Of a stretch of DNA of 53,821 nt, positions 35,992 through 44,385 are shown in pieces (the stretch's first letter is position 1; each line of letters starts with the position of its first letter). The notes beneath the pieces were generated by a model. The model was not told the origin of the DNA. It saw only the letters and a program-made list of their open reading frames with translations, and did no database searches. The stretch is from positions 1-53,821 of the IMG/VR virus record IMGVR_UViG_3300030106_006616; one strand, given 5' to 3'. The DNA comes from a virus (taxonomy: Duplodnaviria > Caudoviricetes). Position numbers and translations under genes: made by a program.

Positions 35992-37611
35992 TTAGTATAG
36001 ATAGTCTATATCAATTAGAGGGACCATTCCACAACGCACTTGTTCTGCTTGATTGTGCCTGTTAGCTCTAGACTTATAACCATTAAACACTGATTCTCTG
36101 CTAACAGGATTCAAATTATTGTCAACTTCACAGCCATAATTAAGACCCTCTACTTGTTTTGATGCTTGATATCCATTTATCTCATTAGAATTAGAGGGAT
36201 GAAGCATTGTTGCAGCACACCAGTTTACGAAGTCATCATGAGATTTTATGTCAGGTATGCTATCCGGAACCTGAACAAAACTAGGAGGAGAGCCCCATTG
36301 GCCCTGTTCTTTTATAGGTTTGTGTAGATCTATATAGTTTTCCCATACGCTTGCTGTATTAGCCCAGTCATATCTTCTAATAGCTCCTTCTCTTGCTTCT
36401 TCGGATTTTCTTTTTCTATATTCCTCTGTGGAAGAGAAAAAATTCTGTATGATTTCCGCTAAATGAGAATTGCTAGGATATGCTCTGTCTGCTCCTGTAT
36501 TCATATCTCTGAACATCTTATCAATTGATATTGGCAAGCCTTTTGTATGATGGACTATATCTTCCATAGCACTGTAGTTTGTAGCCGCTATCGGAACTCC
36601 ACATGCTGCCGCTTCAACTTGAGGCATTCCAAAGCCTTCACATATAGCATATTGAACGTAAAGATCAAAAATATTGTATACTTTCACTAAGTCTTCAACT
36701 TCAAGACCTTCTGACACACTAGGCATGAATGATGTTCTATGTCCACATTCCAAACAGTTTGTTATAACGCCGTCGTACCTAGAAACCTTCCAACTTTTAC
36801 ATCCTCTACATGTATACGTATTCAAAACCTTGGGCGCAATCTGATACTCTGCTATTGCACCCTCTATATCCCAGCCTCCTCTTTCAGGGTAGCTTGTGTG
36901 CAAGTAAAGGTATGTTTTATCCGCTATATCTTTTGGCGCATTATCTAGAAATATCCTAAACGATTTGATTAGCTCTATAAATAGCTTCCTAGTCTGGTTC
37001 CTCATGACAGTCCCTACAATAAAACTGTCTTCAGGTAAGCCAAGTGCTTTTTTGTGCTCGGCCTTATTAGAAACTGGCTTGAAAACGTCTGGATGTATGC
37101 CCGGAGATGCACATCCAATGACAGGTATCGAGCCGCCACCTTGGTCTTTCAGGACTCTTACTCCATATTCTGAGTAGGTGAATATTCCATCACATGTTGC
37201 AAATGTGTCGAGCCATCTTCTTTTTTGAGGCGCGGAGTCAACTGTTGGCATCCAAGCCCAATTGAAGAAGCGTCTCAATGGAGAGTGCCTAACCCATTCA
37301 TCCATCCATGGGTCTCTATAGGTAATAACTATATCTGGCTTGAAGTGTAGGAGAACTTGATCAAATCTCCAAATGCCGAAATGGTTATGTTGGCTTTTAT
37401 CATATACATTTTTCTGTTCATCAGTTGTGGGAGTATTGCTATAATATTTCCAAGGAACAGATTTACCAGCGTCTGGAGTGCCATAGCTGGCGAATTCAGC
37501 TATATCATACTTTCCGGTATTGTATAGTCTGCTGATTACCTCTTTTGCATATGTTCCAAAGCCAGAAGCTAAGTGGCTTGACTCGGAAAGGATTAGAATT
37601 TTTTTAGCCAT
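35992..37611 (-). CDS. GT4-family glycosyltransferase with a Zn-ribbon insertion
   Basis: Motifs SGFGTY, VGTVMRNQ.RK and YN.FDLYVQ...EGFGMPQVEAAACGVP; internal CRGC...CLEC. Confidence 0.88.
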   Translation of the reverse strand: MAKKILILSESSHLASGFGTYAKEVISRLYNTGKYDIAEFASYGTPDAGKSVPWKYYSNTPTTDEQKNVYDKSQHNHFGIWRFDQVLLHFKPDIVITYRDPWMDEWVRHSPLRRFFNWAWMPTVDSAPQKRRWLDTFATCDGIFTYSEYGVRVLKDQGGGSIPVIGCASPGIHPDVFKPVSNKAEHKKALGLPEDSFIVGTVMRNQTRKLFIELIKSFRIFLDNAPKDIADKTYLYLHTSYPERGGWDIEGAIAEYQIAPKVLNTYTCRGCKSWKVSRYDGVITNCLECGHRTSFMPSVSEGLEVEDLVKVYNIFDLYVQYAICEGFGMPQVEAAACGVPIAATNYSAMEDIVHHTKGLPISIDKMFRDMNTGADRAYPSNSHLAEIIQNFFSSTEEYRKRKSEEAREGAIRRYDWANTASVWENYIDLHKPIKEQGQWGSPPSFVQVPDSIPDIKSHDDFVNWCAATMLHPSNSNEINGYQASKQVEGLNYGCEVDNNLNPVSRESVFNGYKSRANRHNQAEQVRCGMVPLIDIDYLY

Positions 37612-38050
37612 TTGCTTCCCTTATTTTTTGTATCCCATTATATATTAGCCTTTTAACGTAAGACCTTCCTCTTCCTAGAATGTCGGCTATCTCCTGAAGG
37701 GTGTAACCCATCCTTCTTAAATCCAGTATCTCGCACTCCTCTTCCTCAAGAAAGTTTGGGCAGACTTCCCAAAAATTTTCAGGAACTGAATATTCTTCTT
37801 TTTCAATATAGCCTGAAGATAGGAATCTAGAAGACTTCACTGACTTTATTTCTTTTATTATTTCCCATCTTATTGGATTCCAAGCATAGGTAGACAATGC
37901 AGATTTTGAAGCGTCGTGTTTCTGCAGGGCCTTCCAAAGTCCTATTCTTCCAGCTTGTATGTATTGTTCCTTCTCTTCCTGTCCTTTTGGGTTGAAAGAG
38001 TTTACAACAGACACAACTAGACCCATGTTTTGTTCTATAAGATCATCCAT
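37604..38050 (-). CDS. phage sigma-70-family RNA polymerase sigma factor (regions 2 and 4 only)
   Basis: Region 2: LIEQNMGLV.SVV...EQYIQAGRIGLWKA...D......STYA...IRWEI. Region 4 HTH: GYTLQEIADILG. Confidence 0.85.
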   Translation of the reverse strand: MDDLIEQNMGLVVSVVNSFNPKGQEEKEQYIQAGRIGLWKALQKHDASKSALSTYAWNPIRWEIIKEIKSVKSSRFLSSGYIEKEEYSVPENFWEVCPNFLEEEECEILDLRRMGYTLQEIADILGRGRSYVKRLIYNGIQKIREANG

Positions 38051-38051
38051 T

Positions 38052-38062
38052 ATTATATTATA
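38052..38062 (-). promoter_or_regulatory. tandem TATAAT -10 boxes; probable leaderless promoter of the sigma gene
   Basis: Minus strand reads GC-TATAAT-ATAATA-ATG: a perfect -10 box 6 nt before the ATG, with no SD at normal spacing. Confidence 0.5.
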
Positions 38063-38076
38063 GCGTCCTTTTCAAT

Positions 38077-39714
38077 CTAACTTGTTAGTTGTTCTACTCT
38101 TTTTACCAAAAAACTTCCTCTATTTTTATCGCGACTGCCCCTAATCAAAACAGTGTTGCCTTCATAAAGCAAATTTTTATATTTGTCCCACTCTTCAGAG
38201 AATGCTGTAATGTTGTCTAGTATGCAACTAGTGTCTCCAGCTATAATAAATCCCATACTCTTACCTTTAGCTTTTCCTTTCTTTATCTTCCATTCTCTAA
38301 CTGATTGAATTTGTACAGCAATAACAGCCCCATACTGGCTTTCAAATCCATCAATGAACTCCTTGCATGTGCAGTTCGCCCTATCTGTATTGTACTCATC
38401 AACCTTATTGCAAGTAAGGGCTATTCCTAGAAGTTCCTGCTCCTGCTTAGCTAGCCAAGAAGCTGAATCAAAAAGTTCATATCCGGGATCATTATATGCT
38501 TTTAGTAAATCTTGTACTACGGGACACCTGTCTTTCCTAAAGATAGGTCTCTTCTTATCTTTTCCTTGAGAGGCATCTATCATTGACTGAATGCATTCTT
38601 CTGTAGTCTTACTGTAGTTGGCTTTCTTGTAGTCTATAAGCCAAGATATTTCTCTCTTGCTAAATTCTTTTATAATATTAAAATGGTGCTGCATCTTAGA
38701 TCTAGGTATTTTAAAGCAGTCAAAAGCTCCGGCCAATATAAGACTTTCGAACGCTCTTTTATTCACCTTTGGGGAAACTAGAATTAGAAAGCAAGACCAG
38801 TCACATGTTCTGGGATCAATGTTTTCTGTCTTCATATATTCTACCATCTTATTGAAAACAGAAGAACCAACTCCCTTTACATTAGTGAGACCGTATCTTG
38901 GGTGCTTATCTATAAGTTCGAACTCTTCATTCATATGAATAATACTAGGGGGCATTGTGTTGATACCCATTATCTTTGCATTGTTAACGAGCTCTTGAAC
39001 TTCAATAAAAGTATCGGGCTTTCCGACTGCGTGTTTCAAATAAGAAGTGAAGAACTCATGTGGAAAGTGAGCCTTTGCGTATGCTGTAAGATAGGCATTA
39101 TACGCATAGCTAACGGAGTGAGACTTGTTGAAAGAATATCTTTGGGACTTTTCAATCCAAGAGAAGATCTCTTCCGCTTCTTCCCTAGTTACAATACCCT
39201 TAGCCTCAGATTTTTCAATAAAAGACTTCTTAACTTCGGCCATAACACTGGCCTTCTTCTTTCCAATTGCTTTTCGAAGAATGTCCGCTTCCTGCAAGTC
39301 AAAGCCAGCGATTTGTTGTGCAATAAGGATAGCTTGTTCTTGGAATACAAGAATGCCGTAAGTGTTTTTGAGAATCGGTTCTAAAGCTTCATGGAAGTAC
39401 TCGACAGCATCTACCTTGTGCTTTCGGTCAATGTAGTGCATAGTAAGCGTCTTACCCTTAACAACCGCCTCAAGACATCCCGGACGCATAATAGCGATGA
39501 GGTCGGACAGCTCCTCTATGTCTCTGGGCTTGGCTTGTTTGGCCAAAGACCTTCCAAGCTGAGACTCAAGTTGGAAAACGCCTTTTGTGTTTCCTTCACA
39601 TATTAAATCCCAAGTTTTTGGGCATTTCATATTCATTTTTGTTATGTCAGTGCTAAAGACAATTCTGCCTTCTTCATCTTGCTCGAACTGACATCCACAG
39701 TCTAGAGTTATCAT
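38077..39714 (-). CDS. dnaE: DNA polymerase III alpha subunit, C-terminal half (fingers, HhH, OB fold)
   Basis: Motifs TKGVFQLES, RPG, TYGILVFQEQ, ADILRKAIGKK, YSFNKSHSVSY, GLTNVKGVG, LILAGAFD and EQELLG, then an OB fold. Confidence 0.93.
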   Translation of the reverse strand: MITLDCGCQFEQDEEGRIVFSTDITKMNMKCPKTWDLICEGNTKGVFQLESQLGRSLAKQAKPRDIEELSDLIAIMRPGCLEAVVKGKTLTMHYIDRKHKVDAVEYFHEALEPILKNTYGILVFQEQAILIAQQIAGFDLQEADILRKAIGKKKASVMAEVKKSFIEKSEAKGIVTREEAEEIFSWIEKSQRYSFNKSHSVSYAYNAYLTAYAKAHFPHEFFTSYLKHAVGKPDTFIEVQELVNNAKIMGINTMPPSIIHMNEEFELIDKHPRYGLTNVKGVGSSVFNKMVEYMKTENIDPRTCDWSCFLILVSPKVNKRAFESLILAGAFDCFKIPRSKMQHHFNIIKEFSKREISWLIDYKKANYSKTTEECIQSMIDASQGKDKKRPIFRKDRCPVVQDLLKAYNDPGYELFDSASWLAKQEQELLGIALTCNKVDEYNTDRANCTCKEFIDGFESQYGAVIAVQIQSVREWKIKKGKAKGKSMGFIIAGDTSCILDNITAFSEEWDKYKNLLYEGNTVLIRGSRDKNRGSFLVKRVEQLTS

Positions 39715-40388
39715 TTTGAAAACGCACCTTTGAATTTGCTTACGCTTGCTTGTTTCCTATGGAACTTTAAGAATTTGACCATGAGCTTTGCCTCATCAAT
39801 AGTATCTGACAATGCCTCATGAGCCTGAGCACTAGCTTTAAGACCAAAGAAATCCCTAAATGTGTCAAGCTTCATACTACTGGGTTCGTCTAAATTTTCG
39901 AACCAAGTAAATAATATGTCCATCATATCAATCTTAGTGACTGTGGACAAAGGCATTTTAGTTTTATATTTTTCTGACAACCTTTTAAGTATAGGCATAT
40001 CGAAGCCGATAATATTATATCCAGCAGGGATAGGCTCTGTGTACCATTGTCCCGGCCTCTTGTCCACTTCATACTTTGAACAGTAAGACATGAAGTTCTT
40101 CCAAGCAACTTTCTCAGTCTGACCATTTTTCCAATCTTTTATAATATCCTCTGATTCAACACCTCTCGTTTTGGCATGCCAAGCAATTGTGTCTTGACGA
40201 GCCTTGGTAAAGTATTCGTCATCATCAATACCATCTGGTTTAATTGTGGCTCTGAAGGCCTGAGATTCCTTGATTTCTAGTGTTCTAGGATCAACAGGAA
40301 CAGCCGCTAGCTCAACAGGGTTGCAGCTATAAGGATCAGTTCCATCGGTTTCTAAGTCAAATACTATAATCCATCTGTTATTTATCAT
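39711..40388 (-). CDS. DEDDh 3'-5' exonuclease (DnaQ/epsilon-like)
   Basis: ExoI VFDLETDG, ExoII GYNIIGFD and ExoIII AHEALSD. Confidence 0.9.
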   Translation of the reverse strand: MINNRWIIVFDLETDGTDPYSCNPVELAAVPVDPRTLEIKESQAFRATIKPDGIDDDEYFTKARQDTIAWHAKTRGVESEDIIKDWKNGQTEKVAWKNFMSYCSKYEVDKRPGQWYTEPIPAGYNIIGFDMPILKRLSEKYKTKMPLSTVTKIDMMDILFTWFENLDEPSSMKLDTFRDFFGLKASAQAHEALSDTIDEAKLMVKFLKFHRKQASVSKFKGAFSK

Positions 40389-40491
40389 CTTCTTCTTTTT
40401 CCCATTCTATCTTAGCACCACAGTGAGAGCACTGATTTTGATACTCGTCTACAACTTTACCACAAACTTCACAGTATTTCCATACTACCAT
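40378..40491 (-). CDS. 37-aa zinc-ribbon microprotein (not in the ORF track)
   Basis: Translated by hand as MVVWKYCEVCGKVVDEYQNQCSHCGAKIEWEKEEDDK*. It starts 1 nt after the dnaE-N stop and overlaps the exonuclease start by 11 nt. Confidence 0.75.
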   Translation of the reverse strand: MVVWKYCEVCGKVVDEYQNQCSHCGAKIEWEKEEDDK

Positions 40492-40492
40492 A

Positions 40493-42385
40493 TTATACTT
40501 GCACCTTATAGGTATTCTTTATAATTTCTGGCATTTCCATAATCTTGTCTAGCATTTTAATTCCTAGAACATCGAGCTTGAGAAGTCCTGCATCTTCACA
40601 GGATGGACCTTCAAAGCCTGCTAGTTGTCCTTTTCCCTCTTTGTCTATAACCATTGGGCAGACATCATATATGGGTTGAGGAGATACCACAACACCAGCT
40701 GCATGTTTAGATTGGATGATTTTTGTATCCTCTAATCGTATTGCTTGCTCAAATATTTTTGCAAACTTGCCTTGTAAATTTCCATTGTCATCTACATAGC
40801 ACCATTCTTTTAGCTTATCCTTCTTATTTTCTAGTGCCCATGTTATAACAGAAGCAGTCCCAAGTTCATCTTTCATGTCTTGCAGCTCATCTGAAATCTT
40901 TGCCTCATCTAGGATGTGCGAAGTAATAGCATTTTGCTCGCTAAAGCTAATATTACCTCTAGCAGCCATTACTCTTTTTAGTGCTGCTCTACCTTTAAGG
41001 GTTTGGAATGTTACAATTTGAGCGACATTGTCTTCCCCATACTTCTGTTTAATATAGTCTATAATGTCATTTCTGGACTGCTTTGGAACATCAATATCAA
41101 TATCGGGCATTGACACTCTTCCACCTGCATTTCGACCAGCATTGTAAAACCTTTCGAAGATTAACTCATGTGGCATAGGATCTATCTTCGTAATATCCAT
41201 AAGGTAAGAAACCATACAACCTGCAGCACTCCCTCTTCCCGGACCTGTCAGGTATCCCTTAGACTCTGCATACTTAAGGATATCCCTAACGATAAGGAAA
41301 TAACTTGAGAGGTTAGTCTCAGTAAATATTTTGATTTCTTTGTTTACTCTATCTCCATATTCACTGAACAATGAACCCTTTTCGACATGACTCATTTTGT
41401 CTGACCAACCTTTTCTACATAACTTTCTAAGGTAATCATTTGGAGACATTCCGTCTGGACAATCAAAGACTGGCGGATTAGGAGGTCCGAGAATATCATA
41501 TTGAGTACACATGTTAGATATATCTACAGTGTTTTGCAGCTCTTCTTCTGTGTGGAATTCCCTCATATCCTCATAGCTGGGTATATGGTAGTTGTTGGAG
41601 TTGAAGAATGTTCCTAAAGACTTGGACTTGCCTTGTTTAAGTTCGGACTGTACCTGACCAATGCTTTTACGCATTGATGTACATAGAAGGACTCTTTGGT
41701 CGTGCGCATCTTCACGACGGCAATAGTGTGCATCAGGAGTTGCTACACAAGGAATCTTTGTTAGCTTTGATATCTCTCTTAACTTTTCAGCAACTTCCTT
41801 TGCTTTTTTATTTATTAAAGAATCTATCAGCTGTATCTCTATATAGAAATTCCCTTTACCAAACGCCTCTTGCAGCCTCTCAGCTTCTCTGATACCATCA
41901 CTTTGCCAGTTGGGGTTATCTACGACTGCATTTGCTAGTCGCGATCCTAAGTGGCCGCTGAATGAGACTAGAGAGCCTTCTGCTTTTGAAGCCAGATCCA
42001 TAAAATAGTCGGCTCCAACTCTAGGCTTGTGATAGAAATGCTCTACCTTGTTAGATATTGATACCATCGAAAGCAGGTTCTTCCAGCCCTGTAAATCTTT
42101 TGCTAACACTACTTGATGGGCAAGTTTAGAGTTCTCTGGTTCTTTTACTGTAGCATCTCGATTACTGATATAGAATTCGCATCCAAGGATAGGTTTAAAT
42201 CCTTTAGATATTGTTTTATGAAAGTCAATAGCACCACTAACTGTTCCATGATCGGTTAGGGCGCACGCATCTACTTCAATTTCTTCTAGTCTTTTTGCTA
42301 TATGCTTTGTTTGTGACAGTCCATCTAAAAGTGAATATTCGCTATGGACATGCAACGGTACGTATTTCATTCTATTAATTCCCAA
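40493..42385 (-). CDS. dnaE: DNA polymerase III alpha subunit, N-terminal half (PHP plus catalytic palm)
   Basis: Motifs LHVHSEYSLLDG, LTDHG, DAHY, GPGRGSAAG, FERF, catalytic PDIDID, HAAGVVV and GLLKLDVLG. The true start is probably the second ATG (MKYVP). Confidence 0.95.
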   Translation of the reverse strand: MGINRMKYVPLHVHSEYSLLDGLSQTKHIAKRLEEIEVDACALTDHGTVSGAIDFHKTISKGFKPILGCEFYISNRDATVKEPENSKLAHQVVLAKDLQGWKNLLSMVSISNKVEHFYHKPRVGADYFMDLASKAEGSLVSFSGHLGSRLANAVVDNPNWQSDGIREAERLQEAFGKGNFYIEIQLIDSLINKKAKEVAEKLREISKLTKIPCVATPDAHYCRREDAHDQRVLLCTSMRKSIGQVQSELKQGKSKSLGTFFNSNNYHIPSYEDMREFHTEEELQNTVDISNMCTQYDILGPPNPPVFDCPDGMSPNDYLRKLCRKGWSDKMSHVEKGSLFSEYGDRVNKEIKIFTETNLSSYFLIVRDILKYAESKGYLTGPGRGSAAGCMVSYLMDITKIDPMPHELIFERFYNAGRNAGGRVSMPDIDIDVPKQSRNDIIDYIKQKYGEDNVAQIVTFQTLKGRAALKRVMAARGNISFSEQNAITSHILDEAKISDELQDMKDELGTASVITWALENKKDKLKEWCYVDDNGNLQGKFAKIFEQAIRLEDTKIIQSKHAAGVVVSPQPIYDVCPMVIDKEGKGQLAGFEGPSCEDAGLLKLDVLGIKMLDKIMEMPEIIKNTYKVQV

Positions 42386-42912
42386 ACGGAGTCATACAAT
42401 TCTCTTATAGGTAAATTATACATGTTAACATGAGTCTTGAAGCTATTTGTTTTGTCTATTCTCCCGCTTTCCCAGAGAGAGGCTCTTTCCCAGTACTCAA
42501 AAGATGCCATAAACCCACACAGCCATATATTTTTTAAGCCGTAATATTTTTTAGGGTGACTCTTGGTAGCTCTTTCAAACTCTAGACTTATAAAGGCATA
42601 TAGGTCTGGCTTTTGATGACGGCTGGTTTCAGCTATAGACACATCATAATGAGGTTTTGGAGAAACAGTTCTTCTTTTGGTTTTTACCTCAAGCCTATGG
42701 CCACATTCTAGAAGAAGATCGTGATTATATTTATCAAGACCTCTATTGTTGCTGACAATCTGTGCGCCAACATAAGGAGCTAATGCTTCTTCCCCTAAAT
42801 ATCCTGCTAGATTTCCTCCTCCTCTTAGGATTGAGTTGTTTATTGAGCCCAAAGACAGCGCCTTGTCTCTAGCTCTATCTATCATCTCTTGTGTGAAGTC
42901 TAACTTTATCAT
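42367..42912 (-). CDS. putative PD-(D/E)XK restriction-endonuclease-fold protein
   Basis: Pattern G.LGEEA......Y.HDL......LEVKT...D.Y.F; ATG at 42912 follows AAGGAG. Confidence 0.6.
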   Translation of the reverse strand: MIKLDFTQEMIDRARDKALSLGSINNSILRGGGNLAGYLGEEALAPYVGAQIVSNNRGLDKYNHDLLLECGHRLEVKTKRRTVSPKPHYDVSIAETSRHQKPDLYAFISLEFERATKSHPKKYYGLKNIWLCGFMASFEYWERASLWESGRIDKTNSFKTHVNMYNLPIRELYDSVWELIE

Positions 42913-42929
42913 CACGTCTCCTTCTATAA

Positions 42930-43012
42930 GAACGACCATTTAGATTCTCGTACTGCCTTAGTATAAGCTGGTCGTCCACTCAACCGTATGCCCGACAGTA
43001 GAAAGGCGGGTT
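42930..43012 (-). ncRNA. structured (pseudoknotted) RNA element, copy A, directly 3' of the tnpB-like gene; candidate omega/guide RNA or cis-regulatory leader
   Basis: Pairings TACTGTC/GGCAGTA, GGTTGAG/CTTATACT and GGACGACCA/TGGTCGTTC. G-U wobbles define the minus strand. Homologous to 50262-50338. Confidence 0.65.
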
Positions 43013-43032
43013 CTTTATTCTATCGTAGAGCT

Positions 43033-44385
43033 TTAGCTAGAGTGAACCATACTCTGCTTTCTGGCCAACTCTAGAAAGCCTGCGTTCGCTTTTTTTGCTA
43101 TATTCCTAGCTGCATTAACATGAGGTATCTCTTCAGACTCAAATTTTTCACATATAGGATTTTCGCATATATAAGGATCTTGTCCTTTAGGTCTCTTATT
43201 CCTAGCTTCACAGTAGTAACAGTCTCTTGTTGTGTAAGCAGCTTTAGTTAGTAGGTAAGGGATTCTTCTTCTTTCACATTCTTTGATAAGTATTGGATTT
43301 ATGGCGCTCTGTCCGAAAGCATATCCTTTTGTCTGAACTCCATCTAGGCCAACGCCATATTGGTTATTTTCCAGAAAGTCTAGGAAGGATTCGCCATGTG
43401 GGTTTTTAGCTAAAAGATTGTATACAGCCTTATTATAAAGATCTACAATTCTGAACTTCTCTTCTCTTAGAAGAGCCCTCTCTTTGTTAGATATAGACTT
43501 CCTGTCTTTATTTCCTATTTTTTTATCAACCTCTTTCATCTTGTCTTCTAGCTCTTTAATTTGGCTAGGCTTAGCTATTATTTCCTCAAAACCATCTCCA
43601 GAGTTCTCAGCTATGACCACCCAATATGGATCAAACTTGTTGATGTCCATACCTATCCATTTTTTAGGCTCATAAAAAGTCTTATCACAATTGAACAAAA
43701 CTGTATAACAATGATTTTTGCTATTAGCTTTATTTTTTATAGTCAAGTTCCCACCAAAAGTTGATTTGTGTATCTCTTGATACATAGTTTGGGGCAGAGA
43801 AAAGTCTTTTATCTCAACAACATTCCTATTCGCTAAGGTCATCTTTACAACCCCATCTTTATATTTCATGAGACTCTTTTTGTGTGCAATCGTTCCATTT
43901 GTGACTTGAGGAGGAACCATTCGTCTTATATACTCAGCGATACTTTCTACTTTTGGCTTCTTGAATCTTCTAATAACAGACTTCAATTTGTTTATTGCGC
44001 TTGCAGAAATATTATCTTTCCAAATTGCATGAGAGTCAGTGCATCCGCACTCACGGAATACATAAGAAAAAAGATACTTTAGTTGGCTATCTTTGATCTT
44101 AGGATAAGGAAGTGGTTCTCCACTTCTCTCTTTATGAGTAAAAGGTTTATGAAATCCTCCTGCTGGTCCAATATACCACTCAGGGTCTGATATATAAAGC
44201 TCTCCATGAGTTGAAAATCCTATCACATCAAACTCGGATTTTTGAAGCCAAGAGACAAGCTCTCTTAAAAACATGTTTGTTGTTTTCACAAACGTCCTTA
44301 ATTCTTCTCTTAAAGCTGCGTCAAGCTTTTTATTTGAAATAGGAAACAGTATTTTGCGACCTCTTGTCATCTCTACCTTATACAT
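43033..44385 (-). CDS. tnpB: TnpB/Cas12f-like RNA-guided RuvC protein with a non-canonical catalytic triad
   Basis: RuvC-I WIGMDIN, RuvC-II VGLDGV, AAYTTRDCYYC...CENPIC zinc finger, RuvC-III PHVNAARNIA; 450 aa. No transposase or IS ends seen. Confidence 0.82.
   Translation of the reverse strand: MYKVEMTRGRKILFPISNKKLDAALREELRTFVKTTNMFLRELVSWLQKSEFDVIGFSTHGELYISDPEWYIGPAGGFHKPFTHKERSGEPLPYPKIKDSQLKYLFSYVFRECGCTDSHAIWKDNISASAINKLKSVIRRFKKPKVESIAEYIRRMVPPQVTNGTIAHKKSLMKYKDGVVKMTLANRNVVEIKDFSLPQTMYQEIHKSTFGGNLTIKNKANSKNHCYTVLFNCDKTFYEPKKWIGMDINKFDPYWVVIAENSGDGFEEIIAKPSQIKELEDKMKEVDKKIGNKDRKSISNKERALLREEKFRIVDLYNKAVYNLLAKNPHGESFLDFLENNQYGVGLDGVQTKGYAFGQSAINPILIKECERRRIPYLLTKAAYTTRDCYYCEARNKRPKGQDPYICENPICEKFESEEIPHVNAARNIAKKANAGFLELARKQSMVHSS

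Noticed and set aside
38077-42385. Split intein or group I/II intron interrupting dnaE
   Set aside because: There is no Cys/Ser-initiated IntN after the N half and no His-Asn/Cys junction in the C half. The intervening DNA is fully occupied by two coupled ORFs, leaving no room for intron RNA structure.
42981-43012. Resemblance of + strand AACCGTATGC and CCGACAGTA to group II intron domain V or the FMN riboswitch
   Set aside because: Only short words match and the rest of those structures is absent. G-U wobble polarity indicates that the functional strand is the minus strand.
43033-44385. Active IS200/IS605 or IS607 insertion sequence
   Set aside because: No TnpA or serine recombinase, no non-coding left end (the ATG abuts the upstream stop), and altered RuvC residues.
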